Shown: piece after piece, positions 26,138-41,423 of the stretch | How positions within the stretch are numbered: the first letter of the stretch is position 1 | How the letters are laid out: each line of letters opens with the position of its first letter | Translations under genes and position numbers: made by a program | From: Rhizophagus irregularis | Lineage: Eukaryota | DNA: 64,000 bases | Direction: 5' to 3' | NCBI RefSeq assembly: GCF_026210795.1 | Contig: NC_089434.1 | Coordinates: forward strand, 5,456,001-5,520,000 | Notes under the pieces: generated by a model | Told to the model about the DNA's origin: nothing | The model's input: only the letters and a program-made list of their open reading frames with translations | The model's database searches: none

Positions 26138-27461
26138 TTAAACCATTCTGATAAAGGATTGATTTTTTTGAGCCCAAAATCTACAAACACTAAGTTCAGG
26201 CTTAGTATTTACCAATTCTTCGTTAATTTTAGCGATTTTGTTCGTATATTCTTCTTTAGTAATTTCTAGAAATCTAGATATGTTTTCGGTTGCGCTATCT
26301 GAGATATTAAAAGTTAATAATATGTCTAAAATTGTTGTACCAGCTCCGCCACCGTTCGGTCCAATGATAAAAGTCTTTATATCTTTATTAACTTTTGTTA
26401 TAAGTGGATGAGATAAAATTATTTTGTCGAGATGAGGAGTTAAACTTGTATCAATATCACGTTCTGAACACATTTTCGTATCTATAATTATACATAAGCA
26501 TATATGTTAGTACCAACTTTTAATTTTTATATATATATATATATATATTTAATATGAAATTTTTAACTTACGTGTGTCGTACATTTCAGTCATCACCGGA
26601 CCATTCTTATCAGGTGAAATATATTCAACAATTTCGATAAACCCACCTGGCCTCGTTATTCTGTAAAATAGGTTCAATTAATCGATTAGCCAATTTTTGA
26701 ACATTTATTTCTTTTTTTTAAAAAAAAAATTTTTTATTTAAAAAAAAGAAAAATTCAATTTTTTTATACCTGATTAGTTCAGAGATCACACGGGGCCATT
26801 CAACCTTTTTAATTATAAGAGCCATGATTTCTTGATGAACGAAGTCAAATTCATTGTCGGGAAATGGTAAATTATTGAGGATATCCGCTTCATAAAACTC
26901 TAAATTCTTAGGTTTTATCTATTAAGCATATACGTATACAAATAGAGCATTTATTAATTTATTATATTACTTTCTTTAGTGGTATAAGTATCGTTATTTT
27001 AACGTATTACTTACTTCAATTGGATATACTGGTTTTATATCAATTCCGAAAAATCTTGAATTCTCATATTTAGTCGCTAAATCTAACAACCATGTACCTG
27101 GACCACATCTTGAAATATAAAATTAAAAAAAATTTATGCGCGTAGTATAGCCATCAAAGTATATTCATTTAACTTACCCAGTATCCAATACTTTACATCT
27201 TCCTTGAATTAATTTCTCCTCAATAGGAGCAGAAAAATTATTTTGAAATAAATGTTTTCTAAAAAAATGATTAAAATGTTGTCTATCAATATCATCGTTA
27301 CCATGATTTGATAAATGATACGTTGGTTCCTTTGGTTCCTCAGGTTGCACAGGCTGTTCAGATTGTTCAATTTGTTGGAGTTCATTTCGTTTTTTAGTAT
27401 ATTTTTTAGAAGAACTTGTTAATATTCCTCTGCTTTTGAGATTTGATTTTACGTTTCCCAT
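26138..27461 (-). CDS. Class I SAM-dependent methyltransferase (LaeA/Methyltransf_23-like), 5 exons, ~319 aa
   Basis: Exons 27461-27178, 27108-27015, 26918-26770, 26660-26572, 26481-26138 join in frame at GT-AG; motifs VLDTGCGPGTW, LPFPDNEFDFVHQ, RITRPGGFIEIVE. Confidence 0.9.
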
Positions 27462-28399
27462 GGTAATTTTTAAAAAGACGTAAATTGGATAAGAAACTTG
27501 AGGGTCTTTATTTAAATAAAAAAAACTATTATAAAAGCCAGCGAACCGGTTGCGAATCATTTTCTTCTTGATAGGTGAGACAAAAGTAAATATTTATTCC
27601 CGAAATCATGTGAATTTAAATAGAATGCTGCGGTTAATAGGCATTTTTACTGAATATAATAAATTTAGTAATGATTGAATTTTATTGGCAAGAAATGAAA
27701 CTATTAATACTACTACAAAAAAAAAAAGTGTTTTTCCAAAAAGAGCACGTGTAAAAAAATTTTTTTTATAATAGTTATACAATAGTAATTTTCAAATATT
27801 ATTGTTAATTTATTATTAACTGTTAATATTTATTAATATTTAAAAGATTTCTGTATTTGTGATAATGATTTTCTTTTTTTGTTAATATTTAGATAATTAA
27901 TTTTACGGAGTTTTTTAAATCCTGTCAATCATTTTTTTTTTTAACTCATCCTGTAGGTTAACAATGTTTACATAAAAACTAAAAAAAGGAACGAATAATA
28001 TCCGAACAGTAAAATAATAATAATAATAAAAAGCTTTTGTTAAACATTATCTTTATTTCTTTTGATAGGATAATTTGCAGGTAAAATGATTGGCCAAATA
28101 AAGCCACTACCGTGGCTTATTTTTAACCTTATTCATTCGGATAACTTTTGACCGATTTGCCGATTGATTAAGTCAAAAATAACATGTTATTACGCAATCG
28201 TGATAGGTGTTTATTCTAGATTTCGAACCTGGGAACTCTCTTACTGGTCAGATCAACTCATTGATCCCATAATTTATTATTTTAAATAATTTCGTAAATA
28301 ACCGTGAATAATAATAAATAAATATAATAATAAAACAATATAAATAAAATCACATTTATTAAAATAAAAAAAAAAAACTTTTATTACAGTTTTAACAAC

Positions 28400-29260
28400 T
28401 ATCACAGTTATTATTAACTCATCATTCACCACAGTCACTACAAATTTTCGTCCACTTTTTTATAAGGACGAAGCAATAATAGCTGCAATTGTAACTGCCA
28501 CCACAGCAACAAATACAACACCGGTGGTAGCAGCAGCAGCAACAATGACAACAGCAATAGTAACAACAATAGTAATAACAACAGCAATTACAAACATTCC
28601 TTTTATCAAAACAAATTTCAACATCATCAACTCTAACGTTCTTGGCGAAAATATTTGCACATCAAAGAACGTCAATCTCTATTAATTCATCATTCACCAC
28701 AGCCACTACAAATTTTCGTCCACCTTTTATAAGGACGAAGCTGCAATTGTGGAAGCAGCAACAACAACAATAATAACAACAATAGTAACAACAACATTTT
28801 TTTTTAAATAAATTAATAAATTAGGACATTTAAATGTAATTACCGCATCAGATTATCGGCATATAATGAAAATTGCTCTCTTTGCTTTGGATGATATTTT
28901 TGATGAATGGAATCACGGAGAGAACTTTGTGGCCTTTATGCAAAGTTTAGTAAAATGTATATAATGAGCAGAAAGGAGTCGTATCCTTTATCAACCCAAA
29001 TTTCAACATCGTCAATTCCAACATTCTTGGCGAAAATATTTGCACACAGAACGTCAATCTCTCTATTAAAGATAATTAAACGGTGGATATCAGGCTACAT
29101 TTTTTCTAAATTTACCATATGATCCATATGATACCAATATCAACAATAAAATTTTCCTTATTTTAAAAACTTGGATTACGAAACACTAAATATAATCCAT
29201 ATATTTTGGTTCATTGTCTTCGAATTTTCCTTTTTAGAAATAGAATTAGGAATTTTTACA
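28400..29260 (-). pseudogene. Degraded gene remnant with internal duplications
   Basis: Duplicated blocks at ~28419/28688 and ~28636/29020; broken frame FNREIDVLCANIFAKNVGIDDVEIWVDKG; family not identified. Confidence 0.4.
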
Positions 29261-32200
29261 AGTTCTTTTTTTTTTCCTCACAGGGAAATACAGGGAAATT
29301 ATTAAAATGATTAGATTTAATTTAGCCTTTTTAATATTAATTTGTTTTTTACGGTTCATTTCTACAAATGTTTAATTACTCTATATGTAAAAATCCAATG
29401 TTGTTGATTACTGTAATAAAATATGAAACAAAATGGTTAATGAATTTTTTTAGTAATTGAGCGAGTGATAATTTATAAAAAATAGTTCGATTTCATGAGA
29501 AATGACGTCTTTGAGAGAAAAATGTTTTAACATTGGGATTTGGAAACGAAAATATTATTTGTTTTCTCTGTCCACTCACGTGATCATACAATAAAGTATC
29601 CAATTTTTTTTTATTCGACTCGAGTTCACGACAATTTCTCTTTTTTTTTGTAATTCCAAGTTTCCTTCCTTTCATAATTCCTTTCTTTAAAAAATATAAT
29701 TATACAATTATTTCCTTCTCCAATTTGTTTTTAAATAACAAAAGTTTCTAACGAGAATATAATAATAGAATTATTTAAAATATTCACATTCTCGTTCCAT
29801 TTTGCTCTTCTTTTTAAGTTTCTCTTACAGTTCAGGTCAATAATTGAACGTTATAAACAATTAAAGGAAACTCGAGAATGAAGTTAGTATACTTTTTTAA
29901 ATAAAAAAATAATAATTAATATAAAAGAAAAAAATCAATGAAATATTACGCAAAACATTATGAAACTATATAATTTTTTAATATTCTAATTGTTCAAATT
30001 TTTTTTATTAGTTTCAAATTTCACGAGAATCCAGATCTGAAGATAGTATATATGTTGATATTTCCTTTATTTATTTATAACGTTCAATTATAGCCTGCAG
30101 TGTAAGAGATTCATAATTACGAGCGATATATTACGAAATTTCTTACATTTTTGATAATTCTAAAGGAAGACGCTCACCATCTCAGAATGAATAGAGAAAA
30201 AAAAGGTAAATCCACAAATGATAGTTTAACGAGTATTATTTATATAATTAAACCCATCTCTTTTAATTATAAGTTAGAATAATAAAGAAATTGGGAAGGG
30301 AATTAAAGTCAATTACCTAATATTTTGTTACAAGTATTATTTCAAGGTATTTATTTTATTTTATTCATTACTTTGATAAATTTTTTGCGTTTGAGATATT
30401 AATTAATCTTTGATACTAGTTTACACGATACCTTTTGAAGTACGAACCAAAGCTCGATTGATCTTGAGATTAACGTTCAAGTCAAAATCTTTTACTTTGA
30501 TGATGTGGAAGTAAACAGTTAAAATCATAACGTGTAAAATTTCACGTGATAATTTGCTCAATCTTTTATAAAGAAAAAATCATAAAAATTCTTCCCGTTC
30601 GTTATTTGTACATTGATTTTTGCTGTTCCACAAAATGTACCCAATGTCTAAGCCCAAATAAAGATATAAAGATTAAATACGAGCGTAAAGTCGTGGCAAA
30701 AGATTTTGAGGCGTATTGGCGCAATTAATTCCAATAGCGGACGAAGTTAAATATGTTTCAAGGTCGCACAAATTTTATTAAAAAATAAAAGTACAAATAA
30801 AAATAAAAAAAGGAAAATTTATAAAATAAATGAATACACGAAATGAAAAATAATTAATAATAAAATAAATGAATACATGAAAAATAAATAATACATGATA
30901 AAGAAATCTATAAAATAAAAGAATACACGAAATGAAAAAAATCAAAAAAGTAAAAAAGAAATCCATAAAATAAATGAATACATGAAATGAAAATTAAGAT
31001 TCCATAATGATTTCAATTTATCAGGGAGCCAGAAAGAGGAGATTATCCACTAAAAAAAAAAAATGTTAGATTATATACATATATTAAAAAATCATTAAAA
31101 TCAAATAAATATTTAAACAAATATTAACCTTTCTGGCACCTTCTCTAATATTATACGGAATTTAAAAAGGTTTTTTAATGTCCTTTTTAAATTCCGTATA
31201 ATTAAATATTCAAAAAATGTATCATAATTAAAAGCTTTAATTATTAATCTTAAAAAATCTTAGGATCATGAAATTTTTCATAAATATAAAATTTTTCTTA
31301 ATCATAAAATTCTTCTTCTTAATCATATCATAGAATGATTTTTCTATGATCATAAAATTCTTCTTAATCAGAAAATTTTTCTTAATTATAAAGTTTTTCT
31401 TAAAAGTTTTCTTAATCATAATAATTATAAATCGTTTTTTCATTTTTGAATTATTTGAATTATTTGAATGTGTAAATAATAAAATTTTGATTTGTGTGGA
31501 AAAAGAAATGTAGAATAGTTAATTTATAAAGGGATTTATTTATTCAACGCTAGTGTGTATGCCACAGCCCCCAAATCAACTTTTTAAAACGGATAAAATT
31601 TTTGTCAATCAAAAATTTTATGGATATAATCATCTTGGTTGAACCAATGAATTAATGATTCGTATTATATAAATTTTGCTTTTCATCGCTCAATTGGGAA
31701 TGCTTATCTAGGTTTTCTATTTTTAAATCTTCAATGATTATCTTTGATAGACATTTTTTTTATTACTAGTATATTAAAGAATTCCCGCTAAGCCCCTGAC
31801 CCTAATTGACCCTAATCAAGATGCCCACGGAATTAATTACCAAACTGGTCAAATTGATTGATTTTTTCGGGGAAGAACCCTGCAAACTGGCGTATAACTA
31901 GAAAATTTGCTTGTGAAAAATTTCGTGGAAAACAAATTTTAACCAATTTTGTTCATACAACATAATAATTACGAACAAGAAATAATATGTTGGGAAATTG
32001 ATGAAACTTCCCAATATTATGGGACCCATAATAACTATCCAATGACAAAGTGTCTTTCTGACAATCTTCGACAAATGACTTTATTTGATTTTGTTTGAAT
32101 TAAAAATTTTTAAAATATAACTTTGAAATAATATAAGATTTATATTGAATATTGAATTTTAATTTTATTTATTTTTGTAAAAAAAAAAAAATTATATATT

Positions 32201-34271
32201 ATTATTTGTTGATTGAATTATGTAATTTATGATAAAGTAACAATAAAAAAAAATTATTAAATGAGTTATTGGAAGAAGAATTTGGAAGAAAAAAAAAAGA
32301 AAAAAGAACAAAGGCGTCGTGTGATGAATCATGCGATAAAATGCATTAGTCATTGTGTTAGTGGTGGACCTGCAGGATACATGCTATAACGCGCAAAGAG
32401 ATCATGACAGCAGCAATTTCGTAATTCATCTTCATAATGGAAACGCTAGAAAATCAAAAGACTTGTTGATATAGTTATGTAATTAGTGTTTTTTTAATAA
32501 TTTCAAACATTTCGAACAATCCGACATCCGTCATATAGGTTCAATTGATCTTAGAAATTAATTACGAAATTTTGAAATTTTTTCTTTACAGTACTTTTAC
32601 TATCATAACGAAGTGAATAAAATTTGTAGCACAGATCTGCATACAATTAAATATATTATATATGGTTAAAATTATCTTTTATCTCCGCCATCCTCCGTTA
32701 AATGGATTAATGTTAAGATTGTTAAGTGGATAAATAAATTATAAGTATATTAAATAATTTAAAATCTAAACTTTTATATAGTTATTCATGTAGACTACAT
32801 GATTCTTTTTTTTTTGACTTGCATGAAATCAGCTTTGTACACTTCTTTCTATGCATATTTGTTTATATATAGAACATCGAATGAGAATTTAGTTCTGTGG
32901 TACACGTTGCAAACGTTATTGTCTTTCAAAAAGAATTACCCAAAAACATTATTGATTTATCACACATGATCATTTGTGAACCGAACGGAATATTGATTTT
33001 TTTTTTTTTCAAAAAATCATTTTTTTTAAAAAAAAATTCACACGAATTTAAAACTTCCTAACTTAAAACATTGAAATGAATCAATTAAAAAAGTCCAAAT
33101 GGTCACCGAAAACATTGAAATGTATCAATTAAAAAAGTTCATATGGTCACTGAAAATATTTTTTATCGATAGCGGATTCTCAATGAAATTCCTTTTTCGT
33201 TATACTGAAAAAAGTTTCATCTGGCGTAGAAATTAATTATTTTTTTTATCGATAGCGGATCTTCCTAGTTATATTGAATAAAGTTTCATTTATTTGTTCT
33301 GGCGTAGAAATAAATTACGTAAAATAACGCTAAAGATCGTTAAAGTATGTTACATTCAACCTTTTCAAGTAATGAAATTCTACAAAAGGGACGAATAATA
33401 ATAGAACTAATCTTGTGAATTGTTGACCTAAAATCAAACGACAAAAATCATGTTCGTTATTAATACGAATTATACGAAGACATTTAGTGACTTAAAAAAA
33501 AAGAATATGTTAATATATTAATACTTCTCTTAAAAAACGTATAATTAAATAAATATATATATATACATATATACATGAAATTTTAAATCTTCATCTTTTC
33601 GTCTTTATGTGCAGATCGTTGATTTGTCGCACAAATAACACAAATCACACAAATCGACATATAATTATAATTATTAATGTTTTTTGATTTGATAGAACTT
33701 TTTGTAATGCAAACATTCGCAACATGATTAATAATAAACAAATAATAATTACACTATAGCTGATAGGTTATGGTCATTAACCGCAGAAATTTATTAAGAT
33801 TTTCCCACTAAATGCCTAAATATATTATAATGAATATTTCGAAATTAATTTATTTGCAAGATGCTGTGTTCCCATCTATGTTTTTGATAATTTACCAAAA
33901 ATGAAGAATTAATTTGTGATCAAATCATCGATAATTTTAACGAAAATGAAAAAGAAAAGGTAAAAATTTTTTTTTTGTTTGATCTGTAATCATACAAAGA
34001 ATATGATCCTTTTAGAACTTTGGCGCTTTATCGATTTAATTATTCTATTTTTAAAATCTTTAATATAGTTGTACCATCATCAATTTTTATGAAATGAAAA
34101 AATTAAAAAAGGTATTGATTATCGGTTTTCGGAATTATAAAACAATTCCAATAATTCCAAATAATTTGTTAATTGGAAAAATAGCTATTTAAACCCTACG
34201 TTTTGGCGTGCTTGACCTTTATTATTTTTTCTTCTAAAAAATAATAATTCCCCTTATTATACACCCTTAAA

Positions 34272-35522
34272 ATGGAAAATTACCCACCCGATTACGGAAC
34301 GTGCCCTGTCTGTTTTAAAAGACGAGAAGCACAATCTTGGTGCACAAATTGTGACGTTAGACGATTTGAAGAAAACTTCAAACATTGGACCAGCGGGAAT
34401 TCTGCAATTGATAATTTTATCAAATATACCCAAAAAAATGCAAGAAGAGGAATGGATTACCTCGAATGGATCGATTTTAATCAACTCTCTCACGTCTGTA
34501 ATACCGGGAAAGCGGGGGCTTTTACGTCGAATTATTCGGCAATATGGATAGAGGGTCCAAAAGGTTCTTTAGATAAAAACGAGACATGGACCAACAGTGG
34601 ACCAACCCGTGTAATCCTTAAACAATTTCACAATTATGTTGAAGCAAACAATTTATTTTTTAATCAAGTAAAATGTTTTAATTTAATTTTTTGTCAATAC
34701 TTTTTTTAATTAACAAACTAATTAACATAGAATTTTGTTATTAATTAAAAGTTATACAGGTATCATAGATGTTTTCAAGAAGGAACACTTGCGGATTTCT
34801 TCGGTTTTACCAGAGATGTAAGGACTTCCCGTATCATGATGGTGATGCGATATTATGATCATGAAGATTTGTATACATTTCTTGATAATTTTAATGGTGC
34901 CCTCTGTTGGAGAGACATAATCGAAATCCTTTTGAGTGTTTCAGAAGGTCTTTTCAAAATCCACGAATTCGGTCTAATTCACGGAAACATACATGGTGGA
35001 AATATTTTGATTGAACAAGATCCCAATACTATAGATGCAAGAATCGCGGATACAGGTTTATCAGGAGATTCTTTTCAAGAAAGAGTTTTTGGAGTGGTCC
35101 CATTTATTGCGCCAGAAGTTTTCACTGGAAGTAGGAAATCACAAGCTTCCGATATTTATAGCTTCGGCATGGTGATGATGATGATACCTACCGGTTCACG
35201 ACCATATCAAGACAGATCACATGACAGGCAACTCATTCAAAATATTAAGCTAGGATTGAGGCCTCAATATCCAATCGGAGCTCCGTTAGTTTATTTACAA
35301 CTAATGGAAAAATGTTTAAGCCAGAACCCATCCATTAGGCCAACGGCTCAGGATGTCTATCAAACAATTTACACATGGATCGAAGCAACGTGTATTAACC
35401 CTGAAGTAACCCCGTTGTTCGAACAATTCGAAAGGGCCGAACAAAGTTTACATTTGTCAGGAATTGCAAAACCGATACACCAACATGCCGTGTATATTAG
35501 TCGCGATCTTAACTCCATTTAA
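34272..35522 (+). CDS. TKL-like protein kinase domain protein, probable pseudokinase; intron 34668-34751
   Basis: N-terminal CxxC..WCxxC and WTSGNSAIDNFI leader; kinase motifs HGNIHGGN, IADTG, FIAPE, SDIYSFG; in-frame GT-AG splice. Confidence 0.9.
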
Positions 35523-38500
35523 AAATACTTCTCTTTCAATAAAATCTATGTTAACAGGAATATTTCATTCATTTTTTTTTTCTATTTTTTTATTATTTTA
35601 TTTTATATCAATCACATTATATATATCACATATATATATTTTTATTTTTTAAATGTTTATAAATTTATATTTTAAGTTTAAGTATTTTCTATATTATATT
35701 ATATAGTATTTATACCTGTATAACCCGTATGAAAATTCCTGTTATTTGTTCTATTGTTATTTCTATTATTTCAATAAAGATCTAAGATAGTAAATTTTTT
35801 TTAAAAAAAAATGTTCTCTTTAATTTTTTATTGGTGATTATGAAAAAAACACAATTTAAAAAAGGATCGAGAGTTTGCCTTTTTGAGGGTAATCATTTGA
35901 TCAACATGGAAAACATAAATCATAAAGATTAAAGAAAAACAAAGAAATTGATGTAACACGAAAATTCCTTCGTACTAAAATTTTTAAATATGAAATAGTT
36001 ATCAAAATAATATTCCAGAGTTAAAATTATATCTGAAAGAGATAAAAGAGATCAATTTTCATTAATCAATATAATAAATACCCCTTAAAGAAGATTTCTT
36101 TGATTCCTTTATGCTAAAAATTTCATATTACGTTCATTTTATGAATTAATGTTCGTTCCCCTTTGTCTCCATTTATTTAGAACCATAGAATCTAAGAATA
36201 AAATATTAAATTAACTACTTTTATTAGTTTTAAAAAAAGCGATTAACGTATTTTACCTAATGAAGGTAACGTGCATAATTATACAATCCAATTAAGTAAC
36301 TTTAACATGCGATCCCATTTTTTTAAATCATAGCACCAGAATTTTCGCACATGGATAAAAAGAAATGAAAAGTTCTTATATATATACGTTCAATTGTGGG
36401 AATATATGCGTCCGAACATTATATGCTTATATATAAGTAATAGAGGTATTTTTTTTTTAACCATAAGAAAAGACTAACTCAAATATTAATTATTTATATC
36501 TCAAAAAAAAATTTATTTGTCAGGGGGTACAGATCTCCTCTGAAAATTCGTAACGAATGTTGTCATTATACTAGATTGTCAATGTCTTATAAAAGACAAT
36601 TTATTTATTATATTATTATTTACTGTGTGTGTTATTATTTAGTTCTGTATACGTATAAATAATATTATCTTTAATAACTTCATATCTCTAATATTGATTA
36701 GTTCGTCTCTAAGTTAAAGAAAGGGCTTATATTTTTGGAGGTGGCAATTGTAGTTAAAGTTATTTGTTTATTAAGTGAGATTATTGATTTTAAATTCCTA
36801 CATAATATGTAAGTAAAAAAAAGTTGTATATTTTTTAAACTTAAATGTGTTAATAAAACAATTTTTTAATTTGGAAAATCAGAAACCATTATAAGAGAAG
36901 CTAGAAATAGTTCCTACAATCTTATTGTAATTTACGATCATGTTCTTATTGACGGAGACATTGTAATTAATTTGTTCTTTAATTCAACTATTTTATATGT
37001 TGATCTAGTTTATTTTTTAGTGATCTTTTTTTTTTTTTAAATGTAATATTTTTTAAAAAAAAATTTAAAAAATCTTCATTTATTTCAGGCGCTTTCTTGT
37101 CGCAACTGCAATTGATGATGGCATGATTTTTCCTTGACGCACATGCGCACATGTGCTATATGGTTCGGTGCTTGTTTTGATGATTGTCCACTCAAAATGT
37201 CGTCATCCCATAATTGTACCGCTTTTACAAGTCATAGTTTACGAAATGAGCACGTAAATAATTTTTTAAATCATTTTAAAAATCATTTTCTATTGGAGTA
37301 CCCATGCATAATTTGGTTTGATCCAAGGTATGCCAGATAAGATTTTACAAAGGTAATTGAAAGTATTTCTGTAATGTTTATTTTAGCATTCTTTGGTAAA
37401 TATATATATATATATGAACTATTTATTTTAACCAAAGTTCTTTTAATTTTAGATATTTTGCACGTACGGATCAATTATACTTGCATTGAAGGTTTCGTTT
37501 AATGAAGATAAATTGATACATTCTGAATATAATGGCTCATAGTTTTCAAATTCGTTGTCGGATTTTATTGGCGGCGTTCAAAGTACGTATGCTGAAACTT
37601 GAAAGGGGTGCAATCACTGCAATGTGAGAAACTTTAAATATTAATACGCATCTTTTAATTATTTATTGCAACTTTTTGTATATACCAATTTTGTCTTATT
37701 CACTAGATCTAATGGAGGCGGTCGCGTAGCAGCCGCAATAACTGTTGTTATTAGATCATGGATCATTAGGAACATTTTTGTAGTATCAAATTTTTGTGGT
37801 AAGCATCTCTTATTACAATTTCAACTATTACAAACTATAAACATATTTTACTTATATTTTTTATATTTTAAAATTGCAAGATAAAATTCTCTTGATTCAT
37901 GTCTTTTGGTTAGTAGGACGTGGTGTAAAACAACTGTCCCAATTATTATGGAACGTCTCTGGGCAAATGAACAAGGATATGAACGTGAACGGCCATTATT
38001 TAATTACATCGACTTTTAGAGAGGTTTTAATTTATATTTTTTAGTAAGTATGTTTATTTTGGCAGAGTCCATTATGAGTGATGAAGTATAGATGTTAATA
38101 TCAATACAATTTTATATGTTACATATTATCTCAGAGGCTGGCCTATCATACTTTGAACATCTATATAATTGTTAGTCTAGATGTGATTGTAATAATTTGA
38201 GCTACACTTACTGGAACCTCTGATTCACCATACATTTCCGGAGAATGAAATGATTCGTACTGATTGTATCATATTATTTTTTTTTGTTAGTGAAGATATA
38301 TCTCAGGACTACATAGGACGCAGTCTCTTATGGATCCAGTCATCCTGATCCATTATCATCATCTTCTTCAAACCTTACAAATAATAATCTTGAATTCATG
38401 AAGGTTATTTTGATGACTTATAATTTTTATAAGAAAGATATTGGTTAATCTAATTTCTTTTTGTGGTGAGTTTGATTTTTTTTTTTCGTAATTTTGTACA

Positions 38501-39704
38501 ACAAATAATATCTAAATCAATTTTTTTTTGTATTAAGATATGTTCAAAGTATGGGTGACTTATTAGTACCAGACTACTAGTATATGTCATGATGCGTGAT
38601 GAAATTACGGCATTTTGGCTTTCGTGGGGTATATATTCGTTTAAGAGAATATTTTTATTTTTATGACTAACAAGTTGTATGTCAATTTTTTTTTATTTAA
38701 TTAAATTTCGCGTAATCAAGTTAGCATTAGAAGGCAGCTTTCGACATTGAACATATAATGATCCTCTCCTATGTTAACATCGTAAGTGATTTTTTTCACA
38801 TATTATTTTGACATTACTATAACAGATACTTATGACCTATATTTCAAAATCATTGTTATCTTAGCTATTTTAGATAAAAATTGGATTGAAATGTTTATGC
38901 CACATTGTTGAAATATTGAGGCATGAATGGTAGTAAGGATCTTTTCATGAATGGTCCATCTTACAAGCTGAGATCCTTTCAACGAGTGGATGATGTGCTT
39001 CCCCTTTCTTACCCCCTTTTTAAATAAAAACAAAATAAAATTAAAAGATTTATTATATTGTTAGAATTTTTATTAGTTTCCTATATTCTTTCTCTAATCC
39101 TTTTCAATTTATTTATTGAAGGAAAGAGATTAAAGAAATTTCAGTTCAGGAGGAGTTTAGGAGAAAAAAAGACAATGGTTCTAAAAAAAAGAAATAAAAT
39201 AGTAATGATGCTCCTACACAACTACATTGAATTCCCTGTAGTAAATGATCTGTTAGTAATACAAAGTCATCTCAAAAAAAAAAAAAAAAAAAATTTTTTT
39301 TTTCGTTAGAATAATAAAATGAATATAGAATTTAATACGTTAATTTTAAACTTGAATAAAATTTTAAATTCTTTAAAAGATCAAAAGTCAAAAGTTTGAT
39401 ATAATTTTAATTGTTGGAACATTGAATACTTTTAACTCAACAAGTGGGTTTTTTTTTAAGTTTTTGGATACCAAAAAAAATAAAATATTCCATACTTTAT
39501 TATTTTTATTACTGTCAAATACATCATAAAAAAACAAATATTTTATGAAAAAAAAAACATTATGAGAAAAAGAAAATTATTCGAAAGAAAAATATTTTTC
39601 GCTCCATAATACGATTTTAAAAATTAATAATAACTAAAAAAAAAAAACAAAAAAAAAATATAAAAGAATGATATTAAAAAATAAATTGTATATATATGAA
39701 ATTA

Positions 39705-41423
39705 TTAAATTTGATGAAGCTCTAAAACCTCAATGCCTCTTCTATTAGCGAAATCGATTAAAGATCGATTATTGAACACATTAATTATCCAAAGTTTTTT
39801 CAAAGAAACCGGAAAATTTTCGATTTCATCTTTTTCTAGTCGACTATGGAATTTTAATTCTTTAAGATTTTTTAATTCACGGATCATATTGAAGTGAAGT
39901 TGTCTACCGAGATGACAGGGATTTTCGCACATACATATGTCGCTCATATGTGATAATAATATACGACAATCTAAATGTCGTATAGTATTTGAAAATTTTA
40001 ATATCGCGGAAAAAAGTCTTTCTGGGGATGCGTAAAGGTGTAATATTAATGTATGAAGGGAAGGAGCATCCTCTGGAAACATGTCTATCCATTTTTTGCT
40101 ATAATCGCAAAAATTTGTTGATTCAGAGGTATAAGGGGAGTCACGAACGTAGCCTGAAATATTTAAATACTCGAGGGTTGAGGGTAACTTTATCGCATTA
40201 CGTGGAAATGATGGATAACTCACGGTTAAATGGGTTAATGTTGGTGTTATGTCGAACAAATCCTTTAGGAAAAAACAATTTGAAACATCCAACCGCCTTA
40301 ATGAATTAGGCGGTGGTGTCGACGATAGAATATGAAATATATGATTATCATATGAAGGTATTTTCTGACTTATCGTAAGATTACTTATTATTGTTGGTAA
40401 ACAGGACAAGTCGGTTATCTGAATTATGATGTCCCGTCTTGAACTTGATATGCAACATTGACAAGGTATTATCAACCTCAGATTATTTAATTTCGGTAAA
40501 AACAGGTTGATTGTTTTATATACTTCAGACGAAAAAAATTTGTCGGTGTTTATGGTTAATGTCTCCAAATTTTTCATATGTTTTAGCATATATTTTAGTG
40601 ATTCTACGGTTACTAAAACAAATTTATAATAAAAAAAATTATATATTTATTAATTATATATTTTTTTTATCTTAAAAAAAAAAAAAAAAATTCTTACTTT
40701 TCGGACAGTCCACAATTGAAAGTTCGATTAATTGTTCATACAGGTTTGTAAGTCTAAAATAAAATAAAATTTAACACGTAAAATTTAATGTCATTTTATA
40801 CATGCATGCTATTACATTTTACATACCCACACACGGTAAAGTCCACACAACCACGTAAGTGGAGTACTTTCAAACAGTTCAATCGTTTATTGTTAATTAA
40901 CCACTCATTAATATCGCTTCTTCCTAATCTAGAACTCCAATTATAGGGATTATAAAGGGAGTACGGATCGCAGCTATTTGCATGCAAATAACGACTATCG
41001 GTTATTTCGAGTTTTTTTAAATTTGGAGGAGGTACGACATACCCCAATTTACATTTCTATAAACGAAATGAAAAAAAATTTAATACGAATCATTATTAAA
41101 TAAATTTATTTATTTATTATAAAACTTACTTTGATTTTGAAAATATCGAAATTTGCATGTTTTATTAAATTAATAATTATATTGTTCCATTTCCTACAAG
41201 TTAATCGTAATATGATCCTTTCTATCTCACAAAATATAATAAAATCTTCAAAATCATCTCCGATTCTCATCAAATCGACCGGGAACACGTTGTTAAATAT
41301 TTGAATTAATATTTCCACGGGTAAATACCGGACAATATCTGTTTCGCATCGTTTTGGCGTATTATCATTATTAAAAATGGAGGGACGTCGGGAAAATCTT
41401 GTATTGATGGTAAATCGCTGCAT
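39705..41423 (-). CDS. F-box / LRR-like protein, 4 exons, ~495 aa
   Basis: F-box LPVEILIQIF...LRLTCRKWN; exons 41423-41130, 41056-40827, 40753-40698, 40612-39705 join in frame; LxxLxL repeats. Confidence 0.85.

Larger units (their letters stand above)
16555..26590 (+). repeat. Diverged tandem segmental duplication (unit A ~16555-22100, unit B ~22260-26590)
   Basis: Colinear shared blocks (e.g. ATTTCGTTTTTGCGAAAATAGC at ~16661 and ~22365), paralogous ORFs, methyltransferase 3' end present in both units. Confidence 0.9.

Noticed and set aside
28205..28260. Possible tRNA or SINE on the minus strand (GGTTCGAAATC)
   Set aside because: No convincing A-box or stems
29820..30730. Inverted segment plus gene-like fragments
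   Set aside because: No TSD or identifiable protein family
37060..39030. Short ORFs and GC-richer patches
   Set aside because: No recognisable motif or coherent exon chain
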